DNA of 64,000 nt from a virus: positions 1-64,000 of the IMG/VR virus record IMGVR_UViG_3300043436_002883. One strand, 5' to 3'. Under the pieces are notes generated by a model. It was given only the letters and a program-made list of their open reading frames with translations, made no database searches and had not been told where the DNA came from. A program made the translations under genes and the position numbers. Each line of letters opens with the position of its first letter. Position 1 is the first letter of the stretch. Below are positions 20,146 to 30,978 of the stretch, in pieces.

Positions 20146-21087
20146 ATGAATAAAAAAATAATCACGGCTCTAGTAGCCCTAGCACTGGTTTTACCTACAA
20201 CTGCAACTGCTGCTGTTAAAAACAACATCAGCAATAAGTCAGCACAAGTTCCAACAATAGCAATCCTTGATACAGCGATTGACACATCTCTACCAATGTT
20301 TAAAGACAAAATTATTTATGAGGCATGCGTTGTTCAATGGAGCTCATGTCCTAATGGACTATCTGTTATGGAAGGCCCAGGATCTGCTACATTAAAGACA
20401 GAATGGCTTTCAAAGAACGGATTTGACCACGGAACACAAATGTCATCTCTTGCGGTTAGGACAAACCCAAACATCAATATTGTTTTTGTTAAAATTATCG
20501 GTACAAATATTAATGGACTAAGACAGGCTGCTGGAGAAGCAACTGTATTCAATGCATTAGATTGGGTAATTCAAAACAAAAATAGGTTTAACATTCAAGC
20601 AGTTTCTATGTCCCAGGGGCACCACAACCTTGCGACTGGTTCAGATTATTGCCCTAAGACGCCAATAACTGAATCAAAAATTGAAACATTAAAGTCAATG
20701 GACGTTGGAGTATTTTTCCCAACAGGGAACGCTAGAGACTATTCAAGAATTGATTGGCCTGCATGTATTCCTTCTGCGATAGCAATTGGTGCTACAATGC
20801 CAACAAAAACAGTTGCGGTCTATAGCAACTATGACCCTAAGCTTACAGATTTTTTTGCACAGGGAACAACTCAAGCAATAACTGTAGGCGGAAAAACTAT
20901 CAACGTTGCGGGAACTTCTAATGCAACTGTAATTGCAGCAACCTCTTGGGCAACAATCAAAGCCTCAAAGCCAAACCTTACATATGCACAGATATATGAC
21001 TTAATTGCTAGAACATCAATCAATACATCTAGTTCTAAAGTACTTTCGGGTAAGTTAATTGATCTAACTGGCGCTCTTAATGGCTGA
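20146..21087 (+). CDS. Secreted subtilisin-like serine protease (S8)
   Basis: Signal peptide; triad motifs ILDT, HGT and GTS. Confidence 0.85.
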   Translation: MNKKIITALVALALVLPTTATAAVKNNISNKSAQVPTIAILDTAIDTSLPMFKDKIIYEACVVQWSSCPNGLSVMEGPGSATLKTEWLSKNGFDHGTQMSSLAVRTNPNINIVFVKIIGTNINGLRQAAGEATVFNALDWVIQNKNRFNIQAVSMSQGHHNLATGSDYCPKTPITESKIETLKSMDVGVFFPTGNARDYSRIDWPACIPSAIAIGATMPTKTVAVYSNYDPKLTDFFAQGTTQAITVGGKTINVAGTSNATVIAATSWATIKASKPNLTYAQIYDLIARTSINTSSSKVLSGKLIDLTGALNG

Positions 21088-21290
21088 TCAGTTAACCGTA
21101 CTTGAAGAAATTATTAAAGAAATCGGTGAGGAGTTGTACCAGAAATGGTACAACGCCCTTGCGATGGAAGATAGAAACGAAGAAGCTTCAAAAGCAATGT
21201 CTGTAAATGCAGGCGAAACTGCGTTTTGGGTTGTTCAAACATTTATGAATAAATTTAATAATGCAGCAGAGGAACTAAAAGGAGAGTAAG

Positions 21291-21593
21291 TTGATAGTTA
21301 CAGATGAAAGCTTTGATGGAGTGCTTAAGTCTCACGATTTAGTTCTCATTGATTTCTGGGCTCCATGGTGTGGTCCTTGCAAAAAGATCTCTCCAATCCT
21401 AGATGAAATATCAAATGAGCGTGGATTGTGGGTCGGAAAGTTAAATGTTGATGAGAATCCTATCAAAACAGCAGAATACTCTGTAACTTCTATCCCTTAT
21501 ATGGTATTATTTAAATCGGGAAAGCCAGTAAAAACAATTGCTGGCGCTAAGCCTAAGCATCTAATGCTGGAAGAGATTTCAGAATGGATTTAG
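21291..21593 (+). CDS. trxA: Thioredoxin
   Basis: DFWAPWCGPC and SIP motifs. Confidence 0.95.
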   Translation: MIVTDESFDGVLKSHDLVLIDFWAPWCGPCKKISPILDEISNERGLWVGKLNVDENPIKTAEYSVTSIPYMVLFKSGKPVKTIAGAKPKHLMLEEISEWI

Positions 21594-21832
21594 AATTTGA
21601 TTCCGAAGACTCTAATCACTTAGAGTTTGAAATCTGGCTTAAGAATGGCTATGACCGTGGATGGGTATCGGATGTATTTTGCGATACTCATGATGGTCCA
21701 CCAATGTCAGATGAAGAAATGCAAGAATGGGATGAAGGTGGAGATCCCTGCTCGTTTCATGTAAAGATACATGAATTACACTAACTTTCTGTGCTCACAT
21801 AAGACACAGAAGAAATAAGGAGAATAAATTAA

Positions 21833-22864
21833 ATGAACTCATTTAAGAAAGTATCGCTAATCATCGCTGCAGCCCTGACTAGCACAATGCTAGTATCGCC
21901 AGCAGCTAACGCTAACGCTGGAACTGTCACCCTAACGGTGGCGGGTTCTGCAGCAACAGGTGGAACAGTAGTAACAACTCCTGTAGCACTGCCAGTACCA
22001 GCAGATAACAGTATCGATGCAGCAGATGCATTGAAGATTGCCGTAACATCAGTAGACACAGGCACAGTAGTAACAGCAGTTGCAGTTAATGCAACAATTG
22101 TTCCTGCCCTAACTGGAACTACAGTAGTCACAGCATCATCTGGAACATCAACACTTTCAGTTTCAACAGGAACTGGAAACTCAGCAGACTTTTATGTATA
22201 TACTAAAAGTACAGCAGTAGGATCAGTATCGATTACTCGTGCTGGAACTACAACAGTTTACTATGTACAAGGTACCGCAGGTGCTTTGAACTCAATTACA
22301 CTAACCGCTCCTGCATCAGCAGCAGCAGGTACATCACAGGTGCTTAAGGTATCTGGATTTGACGTGTTCGGTAATCCAAAGAGTGGGGCCACTATCAATA
22401 CATTGGTTTCAAGCTCAGGTGCAGCATTGTCAACAGCGCTAACAACTGACACAGCAACAGCAACTATTGGAACAAAAGAGCAGACAATTACAATTCCTGC
22501 AACTGGTTCAGTAACAGTAGTTGCATACGCAACAGTTGCTACAGCAGTAACAGGACTTGCAACTCCAATTGGATCAGCAAGTGCTACTATTGCAGTGCGT
22601 GATGTAGTAGGAGAGCTTGCAGCAGCAAACTCAACAATTGCAACACTTCGTGCAGAACTAGCAGCAGCTAATTCAGCACTAACAGCAGAAAAGGCTGGAC
22701 GTGCAGCAGACAAGGCTGCATCAGATTCAGCAACAGTTACCGCCAAGGCAGCATCTGATCTAGCGGCAGCAACAGCAGCAGCAAAGTACAAGGCGGAATA
22801 CAATGCACTTGCTACAAAGTGGAACAAGAAGTTCCCTAAGCTAAAGGTAGCACTAAAGAAGTAA
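21833..22864 (+). CDS. Secreted Ig-like/S-layer-like protein with C-terminal coiled coil
   Basis: Signal peptide; Thr/Ala/Val-rich beta segments; DVFGNP motif; strong RBS. Confidence 0.65.
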   Translation: MNSFKKVSLIIAAALTSTMLVSPAANANAGTVTLTVAGSAATGGTVVTTPVALPVPADNSIDAADALKIAVTSVDTGTVVTAVAVNATIVPALTGTTVVTASSGTSTLSVSTGTGNSADFYVYTKSTAVGSVSITRAGTTTVYYVQGTAGALNSITLTAPASAAAGTSQVLKVSGFDVFGNPKSGATINTLVSSSGAALSTALTTDTATATIGTKEQTITIPATGSVTVVAYATVATAVTGLATPIGSASATIAVRDVVGELAAANSTIATLRAELAAANSALTAEKAGRAADKAASDSATVTAKAASDLAAATAAAKYKAEYNALATKWNKKFPKLKVALKK

Positions 22865-22875
22865 TTCTTTAAATT

Positions 22876-22906
22876 AAAGGGGCAGGACTTAGGTCTTGCC
22901 CCTTTA
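22876..22906 (+). terminator. Intrinsic terminator-like hairpin
   Basis: TAAAGGGGCAGGAC-TTAG-GTCTTGCCCCTTTA. Confidence 0.75.
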
Positions 22907-23342
22907 TACTATAAATGATAGAATAGGGCTATGGATAAACTCATAGAGTACCTAGATGAAAATCATAGAAAAAAAATTGCGGACGAGATAAAATATTTAG
23001 AATTGCCTCCAGAGTGGAGACCACATGAAGTTATACGATATATAGTAAGGATTATAGAAAAGCAAAATGGGCAAACACCACGATAAGATTAAAAAAGCAC
23101 TAGAGCAAAGAATTGCTGCAACACCAAACGGTGCAGGATTTAAAAAGCCTGGTTCTATGAATAAAAAGAAGACAGGTTACCGTGGTCAAACGGCCAAAGG
23201 ATCTAAATAGTGTTTGGTGAAATATGTGAGTGGCCTGGATGTAGCAACAAATCCACTAGGATAGCTGCTAAACCAGAAGGCGGAATTATAGATATCTGTG
23301 ACAAATGCTGGCACAATAGCTACAAAAGTTAAGAGGAATGAA

Positions 23343-23561
23343 ATGGAATCAAATAAAAGAAGTCTGTACAAGTCATTGTCTTGGCCTGCAGTTCATATCC
23401 TTTTTGTAGGAACATTAGTTTATTGTTTTGAACTGCTTATTACTGGAGAAGCACACTGGGAATATGCTGGTACATTTGCAATAATTTATACTATGTGTGA
23501 AGCCCTAGGCTTTTTCCTACACGAAAGAGCATGGAACAAGTATGGGAATAAAATTAAGTAA
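23343..23561 (+). CDS. DUF2061-like small membrane protein
   Basis: ESNKRSLYKSLSW...FFLHERAW. Confidence 0.7.
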   Translation: MESNKRSLYKSLSWPAVHILFVGTLVYCFELLITGEAHWEYAGTFAIIYTMCEALGFFLHERAWNKYGNKIK

Positions 23562-24178
23562 TGAAAATATTATCAGACAGAATTTTCATAATTGAAGATT
23601 TTTTATCTGAAGATACTTGTAATTTTTTAATAAAAAGCTTTTCTAATAATCTAATAAAAGCACCAGAGTGGACACTTGGATCAGGAGATTATTCTGGCGG
23701 AGCGAGTAAAGGGTTCTGGAAAGAAGGAGTTTTTGCAGGACCATCTTACGGATACAAGCATAGGCAAGTAGAGCTTTCTGCTACCAACAAAATAATACCT
23801 TATAATGGGGATAACGATTTATCAAAAGATTTATTAACTGGCGTAGGTATTTTACAAGAAAAAGCAGTTGCAAATATATTTAAAAAAGATATATATTTAG
23901 ATCATATGCTTTACTGCCATATGATACCAGGTGCAAAAAATGAATTGCATTGGGACAATTGGCTAGACATTCAGACAGAAGATCACTCTGGATTATTATA
24001 TTTAACTGATGATTATGAAGGCGGACTTCTTCAGTTTCCAGATCAGGGTATTTCTTTAAAGCCTAAAAGAGGAACTTTTATATGCTTTAAGGGAGATGAT
24101 GATTTGCCGCATGAGGTTACAGAAGTGACCTCTGGAAATCGTATAAATCTAATAACATTCTACTCAATTAGATCTTAG
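23561..24178 (+). CDS. 2OG-Fe(II) oxygenase, prolyl-4-hydroxylase-like
   Basis: LHWD...YLTDDYEGGLLQF...HEVTEVTSGNR. Confidence 0.88.
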   Translation: MKILSDRIFIIEDFLSEDTCNFLIKSFSNNLIKAPEWTLGSGDYSGGASKGFWKEGVFAGPSYGYKHRQVELSATNKIIPYNGDNDLSKDLLTGVGILQEKAVANIFKKDIYLDHMLYCHMIPGAKNELHWDNWLDIQTEDHSGLLYLTDDYEGGLLQFPDQGISLKPKRGTFICFKGDDDLPHEVTEVTSGNRINLITFYSIRS

Positions 24179-25482
24179 TCTATTAAAAAATAAATGCTAT
24201 AATAGAGGTATAGATGGACCTCTAGACCCATCTAAATACAACCTATAGGAGTAATACAATGACAAACGGAAATGATCTAACAGGATTCAATGAAGTAAAA
24301 GCACCAACAACAACAGCTTGGAATGGCGAGCAATATGCAGCAGATCCTGCAGCAGCGTTCCCATCAACAGATAAGTCGTCACAAGATGGTTCAGGCCTAG
24401 GCAACGGCGGTAAGTAATAATGTGTACAGAATGCGGATGCAACATCTTTGGAATGGCTTATATGGAGCCAGTAACCATCGTTGATGTGTCAACAGATGGA
24501 GAGTCAGGTCTAACATTAGAAATGACTGCAACACCAGAGCAGACAAGACAATTTATTAATGAGTAATTTTCAAAAAGAAGACGGTACTGGAATGACTCCA
24601 CCAGTTGGAGCAGGTTCTCCTTCTGGAGCGGTAACAAGTCGTGATGCTACAAGAAAATATCCAAAGCAAGGCATTAAGCCAAGAATGAAGATAGATGTTA
24701 ATAGTCACGGAATACGCAGAGAGACATCATTAGATCCAAAGCCTAAGAAGACAAGACCAAAGAAGGTCTAACTATATATTAGATATGGCCCCGTAACTGG
24801 GGCTATATTTATTTAAGGATAACAATGTGCAAGAAATGTGGTAACTGTTCAGCAGAGCATAATGGAAGAACTATAGATGATGCTATAGATGAGATCCTTG
24901 ACTCCCCTATTTAAATATTATATAATGTTATATAGTCACAATTAGTGCAAAAAGTGCGGCGAAAAGAGAAGGCATGTTAAGAATTAAAAGTATTTTGTGT
25001 AAGATTAAAGGACACACATTAGTAATGGCGGGATCATGCCCTTTTACTGGATCAACTTATGAATATTGTGAAAGATGCACTGCAATGATTCCTGTTCAGG
25101 TGGCAGTATGAGAGAGCCAAAGATTATGAAGATGGACTGGCGTTCATTAGGCTATTGGCCTGTATATAAAGATGGAAAGCTTACATGGGAAAAGGATCCA
25201 GATGAAAATGTTAATTGAGTTTGTAGAAAAATATCTAATGCGTCCTAAGCGCCTGCGACATGCAATTGAGGCGGTTGTTCATGAGAATGATGAATTGCTA
25301 CGTAGACTATCAGAGTATAAAGAAGATGGACCAACCAATCTGACATGGGCTGAAGGCGATAAATGGTATGGCTGGACATATAATAAGTCTAAGGGTAGAT
25401 ACTACTTTGATGACATTGGCAACGAATCACTGATGGGTCTATGGGAAGATCAATGGGCTAGGGAAGAAACAGAATCTAAATA

Positions 25483-25695
25483 ATGTGGTCATATGTATTA
25501 GCAGCCATTGGCGTAACAGGCATATTTTTTGTTGGTCGTAAGACTATATGGGGATGGCCTGTATTGCTTCTAAATGAATGTCTATGGATTATATATGCGG
25601 TAACAACTGAGCAGTATGGATTTATATTTGCAGCAATTGCTTATGGAGTTGTTTATATTAAGTCTTATTTACTTTGGCGACGTGAAGCAATATGA
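25483..25695 (+). CDS. Small membrane protein, PnuC-like repeat
   Basis: Three short TM segments; WGW motif. Confidence 0.45.
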   Translation: MWSYVLAAIGVTGIFFVGRKTIWGWPVLLLNECLWIIYAVTTEQYGFIFAAIAYGVVYIKSYLLWRREAI

Positions 25696-26088
25696 GAAAG
25701 CTTTTAGATGGGTCGGAAGTTCCAGAGACAGATAAAGCAATAGATCTAACAATACATACAAAGGCTCCAGGCAAATGGCTCTTAATTGATTTAGAGACGG
25801 GCCAAGAGTATATTGGATCAGAGCAACCTAACCTATATGGTAAATGGAAACGCATTAAGGACAGGTCTGAGTTTTCTCAAGACGAATTATGGTAGCAGGA
25901 GATTATACTTATTCCTTTATATGTAAATGTAAAGCTGAAACATATATCGAATTGTCTAAAGAAATAGATTACAATCCTAAATGTCTTAAATGTAATTCTA
26001 GTCAACTAAGATTAAGATACACAATAATTAATGGTGAGCTTTGGATGGATCCAAGACTACACGAATAAAGAAATGGTATAATTGGAAT

Positions 26089-26853
26089 ATGAGCAAAGAG
26101 GGATATAAGCCAACTTCAGGAATGCAATCTGCTGCACGTAGAGCAATTAAGCTTAAAGAGCAGGGCAAGGCAAATGGTGCAGGAACAGCCGTAGGCTGGA
26201 CAAGAGCTGGACAATTAGCAAGAGGCGAAGCGTTGAGCTTGTCTACAGTTAAGCGTATGTATTCTTATTTTTCACGTCACGAAGTAGATAAAAAGGGTAA
26301 GGATTGGGATAACGCAGAGAGCCCATCAAATGGCAAGATTATGTGGCTTGCTTGGGGCGGGGATGCAGGATTCTCCTGGTCTAGAAAAATTGTTGAAAGA
26401 GAGAAGAATATGAAAAAAGACTGGCACGGGCACGAAGAAGAAATCATAGAAGAGATTAAAGATATGTTGGATGATGTAGTCAACCCTATTACTAAAGCAA
26501 TTGAAATTGAGATTGAAGAAGAAGACGAAGAAGAAATGGAAGACACAGAGGGCTGTGAGTGTGAAGGATGCACTGAATGTAAGGCAAAGGGCGGATGCGT
26601 TAATAAGATGTGCTCTGGACACAAAAAGGTAAAGAAGTTAGAAACCCTTACTGATGAAGAGATTTCCAAGTCATATGAGTCAGACAACGAAGAAGAAGAC
26701 AACTGGGATAACATCCAGAAAGCTTGCTGGGCGGGATACAAGCAAGTAGGAATGAAGGATAAAGGCGGAAGAAAAGTTCCTAATTGTGTTCCTATCAAGA
26801 AGTCAATCTTTGGTACCGAAGGGCCTCAATCAATCATACCTAGGAATAAGTAA
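26089..26853 (+). CDS. Phage protein with WLAWGGDAG domain and CWxGYxQxG..KVPNCVP motif
   Basis: Motifs recur in large-phage proteins; leaderless ATG 6 nt after TGGTATAAT. Confidence 0.65.
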   Translation: MSKEGYKPTSGMQSAARRAIKLKEQGKANGAGTAVGWTRAGQLARGEALSLSTVKRMYSYFSRHEVDKKGKDWDNAESPSNGKIMWLAWGGDAGFSWSRKIVEREKNMKKDWHGHEEEIIEEIKDMLDDVVNPITKAIEIEIEEEDEEEMEDTEGCECEGCTECKAKGGCVNKMCSGHKKVKKLETLTDEEISKSYESDNEEEDNWDNIQKACWAGYKQVGMKDKGGRKVPNCVPIKKSIFGTEGPQSIIPRNK

Positions 26854-27111
26854 TATGGGTATTCTAGATAACCTTGAATCTTATTTAGAGCAATCTGAAG
26901 ATAAAGATAAGTGCCATTATTGTACAAATAAAGCTAAATATACAGACGTTGCTGAGATAGCCAAGCAAGGCTATGCGGTTATAGGTGTATGTCAATGTCA
27001 TTATATACAAGATGTAAGTAGTTAAATATTATTATATAGGTCCGAATAGTGAAAAAGTTCGGCGGTAGAGACCCCCTTGACGGTACCCGTCAGATATACT
27101 ATAATATAAAT

Positions 27112-27321
27112 ATGATTCAAGATATGGAAATCCCTGATCCATTTGCTAAATTTGTGGCGCACAAGTATGCCAACTTTAAAGGTATGCAATATGACTTCTT
27201 TGGCAAGGAATGGCATTTAAAGACTGCCTGCTGTGGGGAAGAGCTTTATGCCCCTAATAAGAAGATCATGAATAAGATTAGGCTATATCACACTCGTAAC
27301 GAGTGTTTGGGCGGGTACTAG
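27112..27321 (+). CDS. Hypothetical protein
   Basis: TTGACG-N17-TATAAT-N6-ATG leaderless start. Confidence 0.6.
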   Translation: MIQDMEIPDPFAKFVAHKYANFKGMQYDFFGKEWHLKTACCGEELYAPNKKIMNKIRLYHTRNECLGGY

Positions 27322-27337
27322 AAAAGGCGGGGAACCA

Positions 27338-27664
27338 ATGGCATATAGCAGATTCACCAATAGCGATATATACATATATCCCAATGTAGCAGGACATATC
27401 GAATGTGCAGCCTGTTATTTAAATGAACCACAAGATGAATATTCCTTATTTTCAATGTCTGAGAATATAACCAATGATGATCAATTAAGAGCTCATCTGG
27501 AAGAACATGCCAGAGCTGGTCATGATATGCCAGAGAACTTGCTTCAAGATATCCTGGCTGATCCAGACAGATATGGCAGAATGATAGGATATTCTACAGG
27601 CAAATGGTCAGATGATGATGATATGCATCCTACAATCACTCCTATATTTGGACCAAATAGGTAG
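27338..27664 (+). CDS. Hypothetical protein
   Basis: MAYSRF..SDIYIY...CAAC; last gene of the + block. Confidence 0.65.
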   Translation: MAYSRFTNSDIYIYPNVAGHIECAACYLNEPQDEYSLFSMSENITNDDQLRAHLEEHARAGHDMPENLLQDILADPDRYGRMIGYSTGKWSDDDDMHPTITPIFGPNR

Positions 27665-28403
27665 CTAACTCCTATATCCCCCCGCCCATAAACATGGCTC
27701 ATATGGCCTCCTAGACCCCTTATAAATGGAGTAAAGTGGAGCATAGTGGAGAATTTATACTATAGATACAGTTAGATTAGTTATAGCTTTATCGACAAAT
27801 ATATGTATGTGTAATTGTGCCCTTTCATATGATGCGCCGTAATGTCAAATTTGATCTGGAGACATATGGACACATCTACCAAATTTCAGGGATTTTGTCA
27901 ATGCCCTCGTAAATGGCATATTTTGCCCACATTGTCAATAGATTTTATGTAGAAAATTCTGACAAATTCTGGGTATATTATGCTTAATTCATTATATGTT
28001 TTAAATGATTTTATATAGATTTGTCGACATTTCCTACAAATTTCAGGGATTTTTAATATGCTGTCGTAAAGGAGAAATTTTGCCCACATGACCACAACAA
28101 AAAATCCACAGGATGTGGATAACCCTGTGGATAATTTGGGCTCATATACTAACCAACTAAGTATATGTTTGCCTTAGATAAATTTAATCTATTGCCATCT
28201 ATGTCTAGGTTTTTCTAGATTGATTAATATAGGTGATAGATCTATATTAGGTGAAGATGTTACTACCAGTCCCACCCGCCTTGGTTTAATGCTTGGCTTA
28301 GGGTTGTTAACAGCTTTGTGTGCGTTCCTGATGTGATCAGGTAGTGATCTTTCCCATCGAGCAAGCTCTTGGGTGGTTGGATATTTTCTTTTTTCTTTCA
28401 TGA

Positions 28404-28829
28404 TTAGATAAAGGGATGGTCTATCGTTACATGTGTTCTGGTATCTGTGTCGTGCAACCAGGAATGTCGGTAGCTTTGGGTTTCAACCTTCGGCATCTTT
28501 TTAATAAACTTAGCAGGGTCCACTGGAAGCTTTATATTTTCCCATTTGTAAGTCTTAATTAATCTATTAAGAGTTTCATTTAACTCATTTGCTAGGAACA
28601 ATCCTTCAGATGATTGTCCTGAATTATATATACCGTCTTCTGTATTTAATTCATCATTATGTCTGTTGGCCTGCCACCTAATAATTTGGGCGACTAGTTC
28701 CATAATGCGGTCAACTGTATAAAATGGTTGGTCTGTTAGATATCTCGCCAATATGGCAGGATTAAACCAATGGTCTTCCGTTAGGTTGACTAGGTCTTCT
28801 GCTACTTTGATTTCTCTTGTCTTACTCAT
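28404..28829 (-). CDS. Hypothetical protein
   Basis: 141 aa ORF with RBS. Confidence 0.65.
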   Translation of the reverse strand: MSKTREIKVAEDLVNLTEDHWFNPAILARYLTDQPFYTVDRIMELVAQIIRWQANRHNDELNTEDGIYNSGQSSEGLFLANELNETLNRLIKTYKWENIKLPVDPAKFIKKMPKVETQSYRHSWLHDTDTRTHVTIDHPFI

Positions 28830-28913
28830 ACTTCCGCCTTCCGCCTTGGTAACTACTCATTATATCAAAATTAGGGAGGGGTGGCAACTCTCGTCCACCA
28901 CCCCTCGTTCTAT

Positions 28914-29066
28914 TTACTTAGCCTTGTTGGTAACTGGCTGTGGGTCTGTAAAGGTAACGCCTTTGTTCATAGCTTCCTGGATTGCAACCTTAGCTGCGCC
29001 TGAGAAACGTCCACGTACACCTACTGTGATGCCTTGTGACTTGAGATATTCTCGCTTTGTTGTCAT
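28914..29066 (-). CDS. Lsr2-like DNA-binding mini-protein (50 aa, not in ORF track)
   Basis: REYLKSQGITVGVRGRFS resembles the Lsr2 C-terminal RGR AT-hook motif; AGAAAGGA RBS; TTTACA-N17-TATAAT promoter. Confidence 0.6.
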   Translation of the reverse strand: MTTKREYLKSQGITVGVRGRFSGAAKVAIQEAMNKGVTFTDPQPVTNKAK

Positions 29067-29430
29067 TATGATCCTTTCTAGATCTTTTATTAATTATAAC
29101 AGATTTTCACGGGATTGTAAATACCTGTCGTAAAGCGGACAATTTGCCCCTACTTTAAAATTTTTGCTGCCAACTTATCTTTAATTAGTTTTTGTTCTTC
29201 ACGCCAGCGCTGCCAATGATTAACTTGTTTAATCTCAACATCAACTTCGGGCGGGCATTCGAGAATGTATGGGACTCCCCCAACTATCTCTATCTTTACT
29301 TTATACTGACTCATCGACTAACCTATCTTTAATCAGTTTAGCAATTAGATTATGTGCTTCGATGTTCTCTGTTTCAGATCCGCCCCACAAAAGCTTTTGG
29401 GCCTCTGCAAGGACGGAGTCTACATATTGA

Positions 29431-29748
29431 TCACTCATCTTCATCTTCTTCCTCCTCTTCATCCTCGAACATTGTGTCGACAATGTAATCTCTATTCATC
29501 ATCCATTCAAGGACGTCCTCTTGATGTTGTTCCGCCCCATATTCCAGAGAGAACCCGTGGCCAGCCTCCACAGCCTCGCACAGGTGTCCCCACATATCAT
29601 CCTGAGTAACTTTAGCCCTGTAGGTCTCGTCGTCTAGGATGTTATTGATTGTGCTCCACGTCCACAGCCAAACTAGTGATAGGCCTAGGTCCGTAGTATC
29701 TAGAATCTTTAAACATTCGTTTAGTTTATCTTTATCTGCTGGCTTCAT
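29431..29748 (-). CDS. Acidic hypothetical protein
   Basis: Poly-Glu/Asp tail; packed operon. Confidence 0.65.
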   Translation of the reverse strand: MKPADKDKLNECLKILDTTDLGLSLVWLWTWSTINNILDDETYRAKVTQDDMWGHLCEAVEAGHGFSLEYGAEQHQEDVLEWMMNRDYIVDTMFEDEEEEEDEDE

Positions 29749-29960
29749 ATGCTAATTCCTTTTCTTCCCATTGTGCGAGTGTTCTGACTGTAAAGTCTTT
29801 TCCGAGATTGTAGCAGAATCGAACGGATTCCTCAAGTGTGGTAGCACTAAAAATCGGAGGATTAGAATGGTCACGTTCATCAAGACTATAGACTTCAAAC
29901 TCATCAATACCTCCAGGACTAATAGAATAGTTTACTTCTAAAATTTCTAAACTAGGTTTA

Positions 29961-30236
29961 TCATACATCTCGTGCTCCAATCGCAAATGATAGTTGATAT
30001 GTTAGATTATATAGTTCTACTAGCATATCTAGGCGCCCTTCACATTCTGTGCGGACCATAGAATCCATTGCCTCTTCTGACAATGCCTCCTGTTCTAATG
30101 CGGTTGCTAGGTCTTGCTCAGCAATTAGCATTAGGTTCTTTAGTTCCCCGTGCATTATATCTAATCCACTAACACCTGCATTGACCATTCGTTGCAAGTG
30201 GGGCGGGAGCCCAATATCTTCTGCAGTCATATTCAT
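29961..30236 (-). CDS. Hypothetical protein
   Basis: AACGAAAGGG leader; promoter at 30261. Confidence 0.65.
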   Translation of the reverse strand: MNMTAEDIGLPPHLQRMVNAGVSGLDIMHGELKNLMLIAEQDLATALEQEALSEEAMDSMVRTECEGRLDMLVELYNLTYQLSFAIGARDV

Positions 30237-30762
30237 TAATATACCCTTTCGTTGTCATTCATTATATCAGTTGCCACTGACAATATATGCCTGGTATTCG
30301 CAATTTCTGCTTCTTTAACTCTATAGAAATGATGACCATTTACATAATCAATCTGTTCTAAGTCTTGTTCTAAACTAATTAGATGTATCTTTAGATACTC
30401 CATAAATCTAGATGATTTAGTCGGTGTGGTCAAAGTAACCCTCCGCCCATAAGCCCTGCATAAAACTAACAGCCATTTCTAAATCATTCCTTAGTTCTGT
30501 CTTATCCATTAAATCGGACGGGGTTCTAAGATAGAAAAGCTTAGCATCGTGTATAGCATTAATCATTCTATTTAGATCGGATTCAGTATAACCTAGCATA
30601 ATTCATACTCCAAATCCCAAGACACATCAGGCCAATTTAAATCAAATTTAGCACTCTCAACTTGGCCAAGGTCGTCAAGATGTAAGTTAATCTTTTCATT
30701 TGCCTCTTCTTCATTTCTAGCATAGACACTGCCTGCTAATTTGATTACAAAATTATAGTATT

Positions 30763-30978
30763 TCATAGTAAGTATTCATCTCCCTCAATATATCCGTAGT
30801 ATTCGTTGTATTGCTGCTTTAATTCATCTGAGGCATATTGCATAAATTGCCATTCGGCATAATCGCTGCCCTCATCTAAATTCTTATTGGACCAATCATC
30901 AAACAATTGCTCCGCTATTTCTTGTTGCATTGCACCTGTAATGTGCTCTGCTACCGTATCTATAAATTGTTCAGCCAT
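30763..30978 (-). CDS. Acidic hypothetical protein
   Basis: 17 D/E versus 2 K in 71 aa; GGAGG RBS. Confidence 0.65.
   Translation of the reverse strand: MAEQFIDTVAEHITGAMQQEIAEQLFDDWSNKNLDEGSDYAEWQFMQYASDELKQQYNEYYGYIEGDEYLL

Noticed and set aside
27942-27964. A 16th TGTCAG promoter
   Set aside because: Spacer to TAAAAT is 11 nt and no credible gene follows
28753-29133. + strand ORFs inside the minus-strand block (also 29352, 30049, 32186 and 39272)
   Set aside because: Antisense to genes that have RBSs and promoters; no supporting signals
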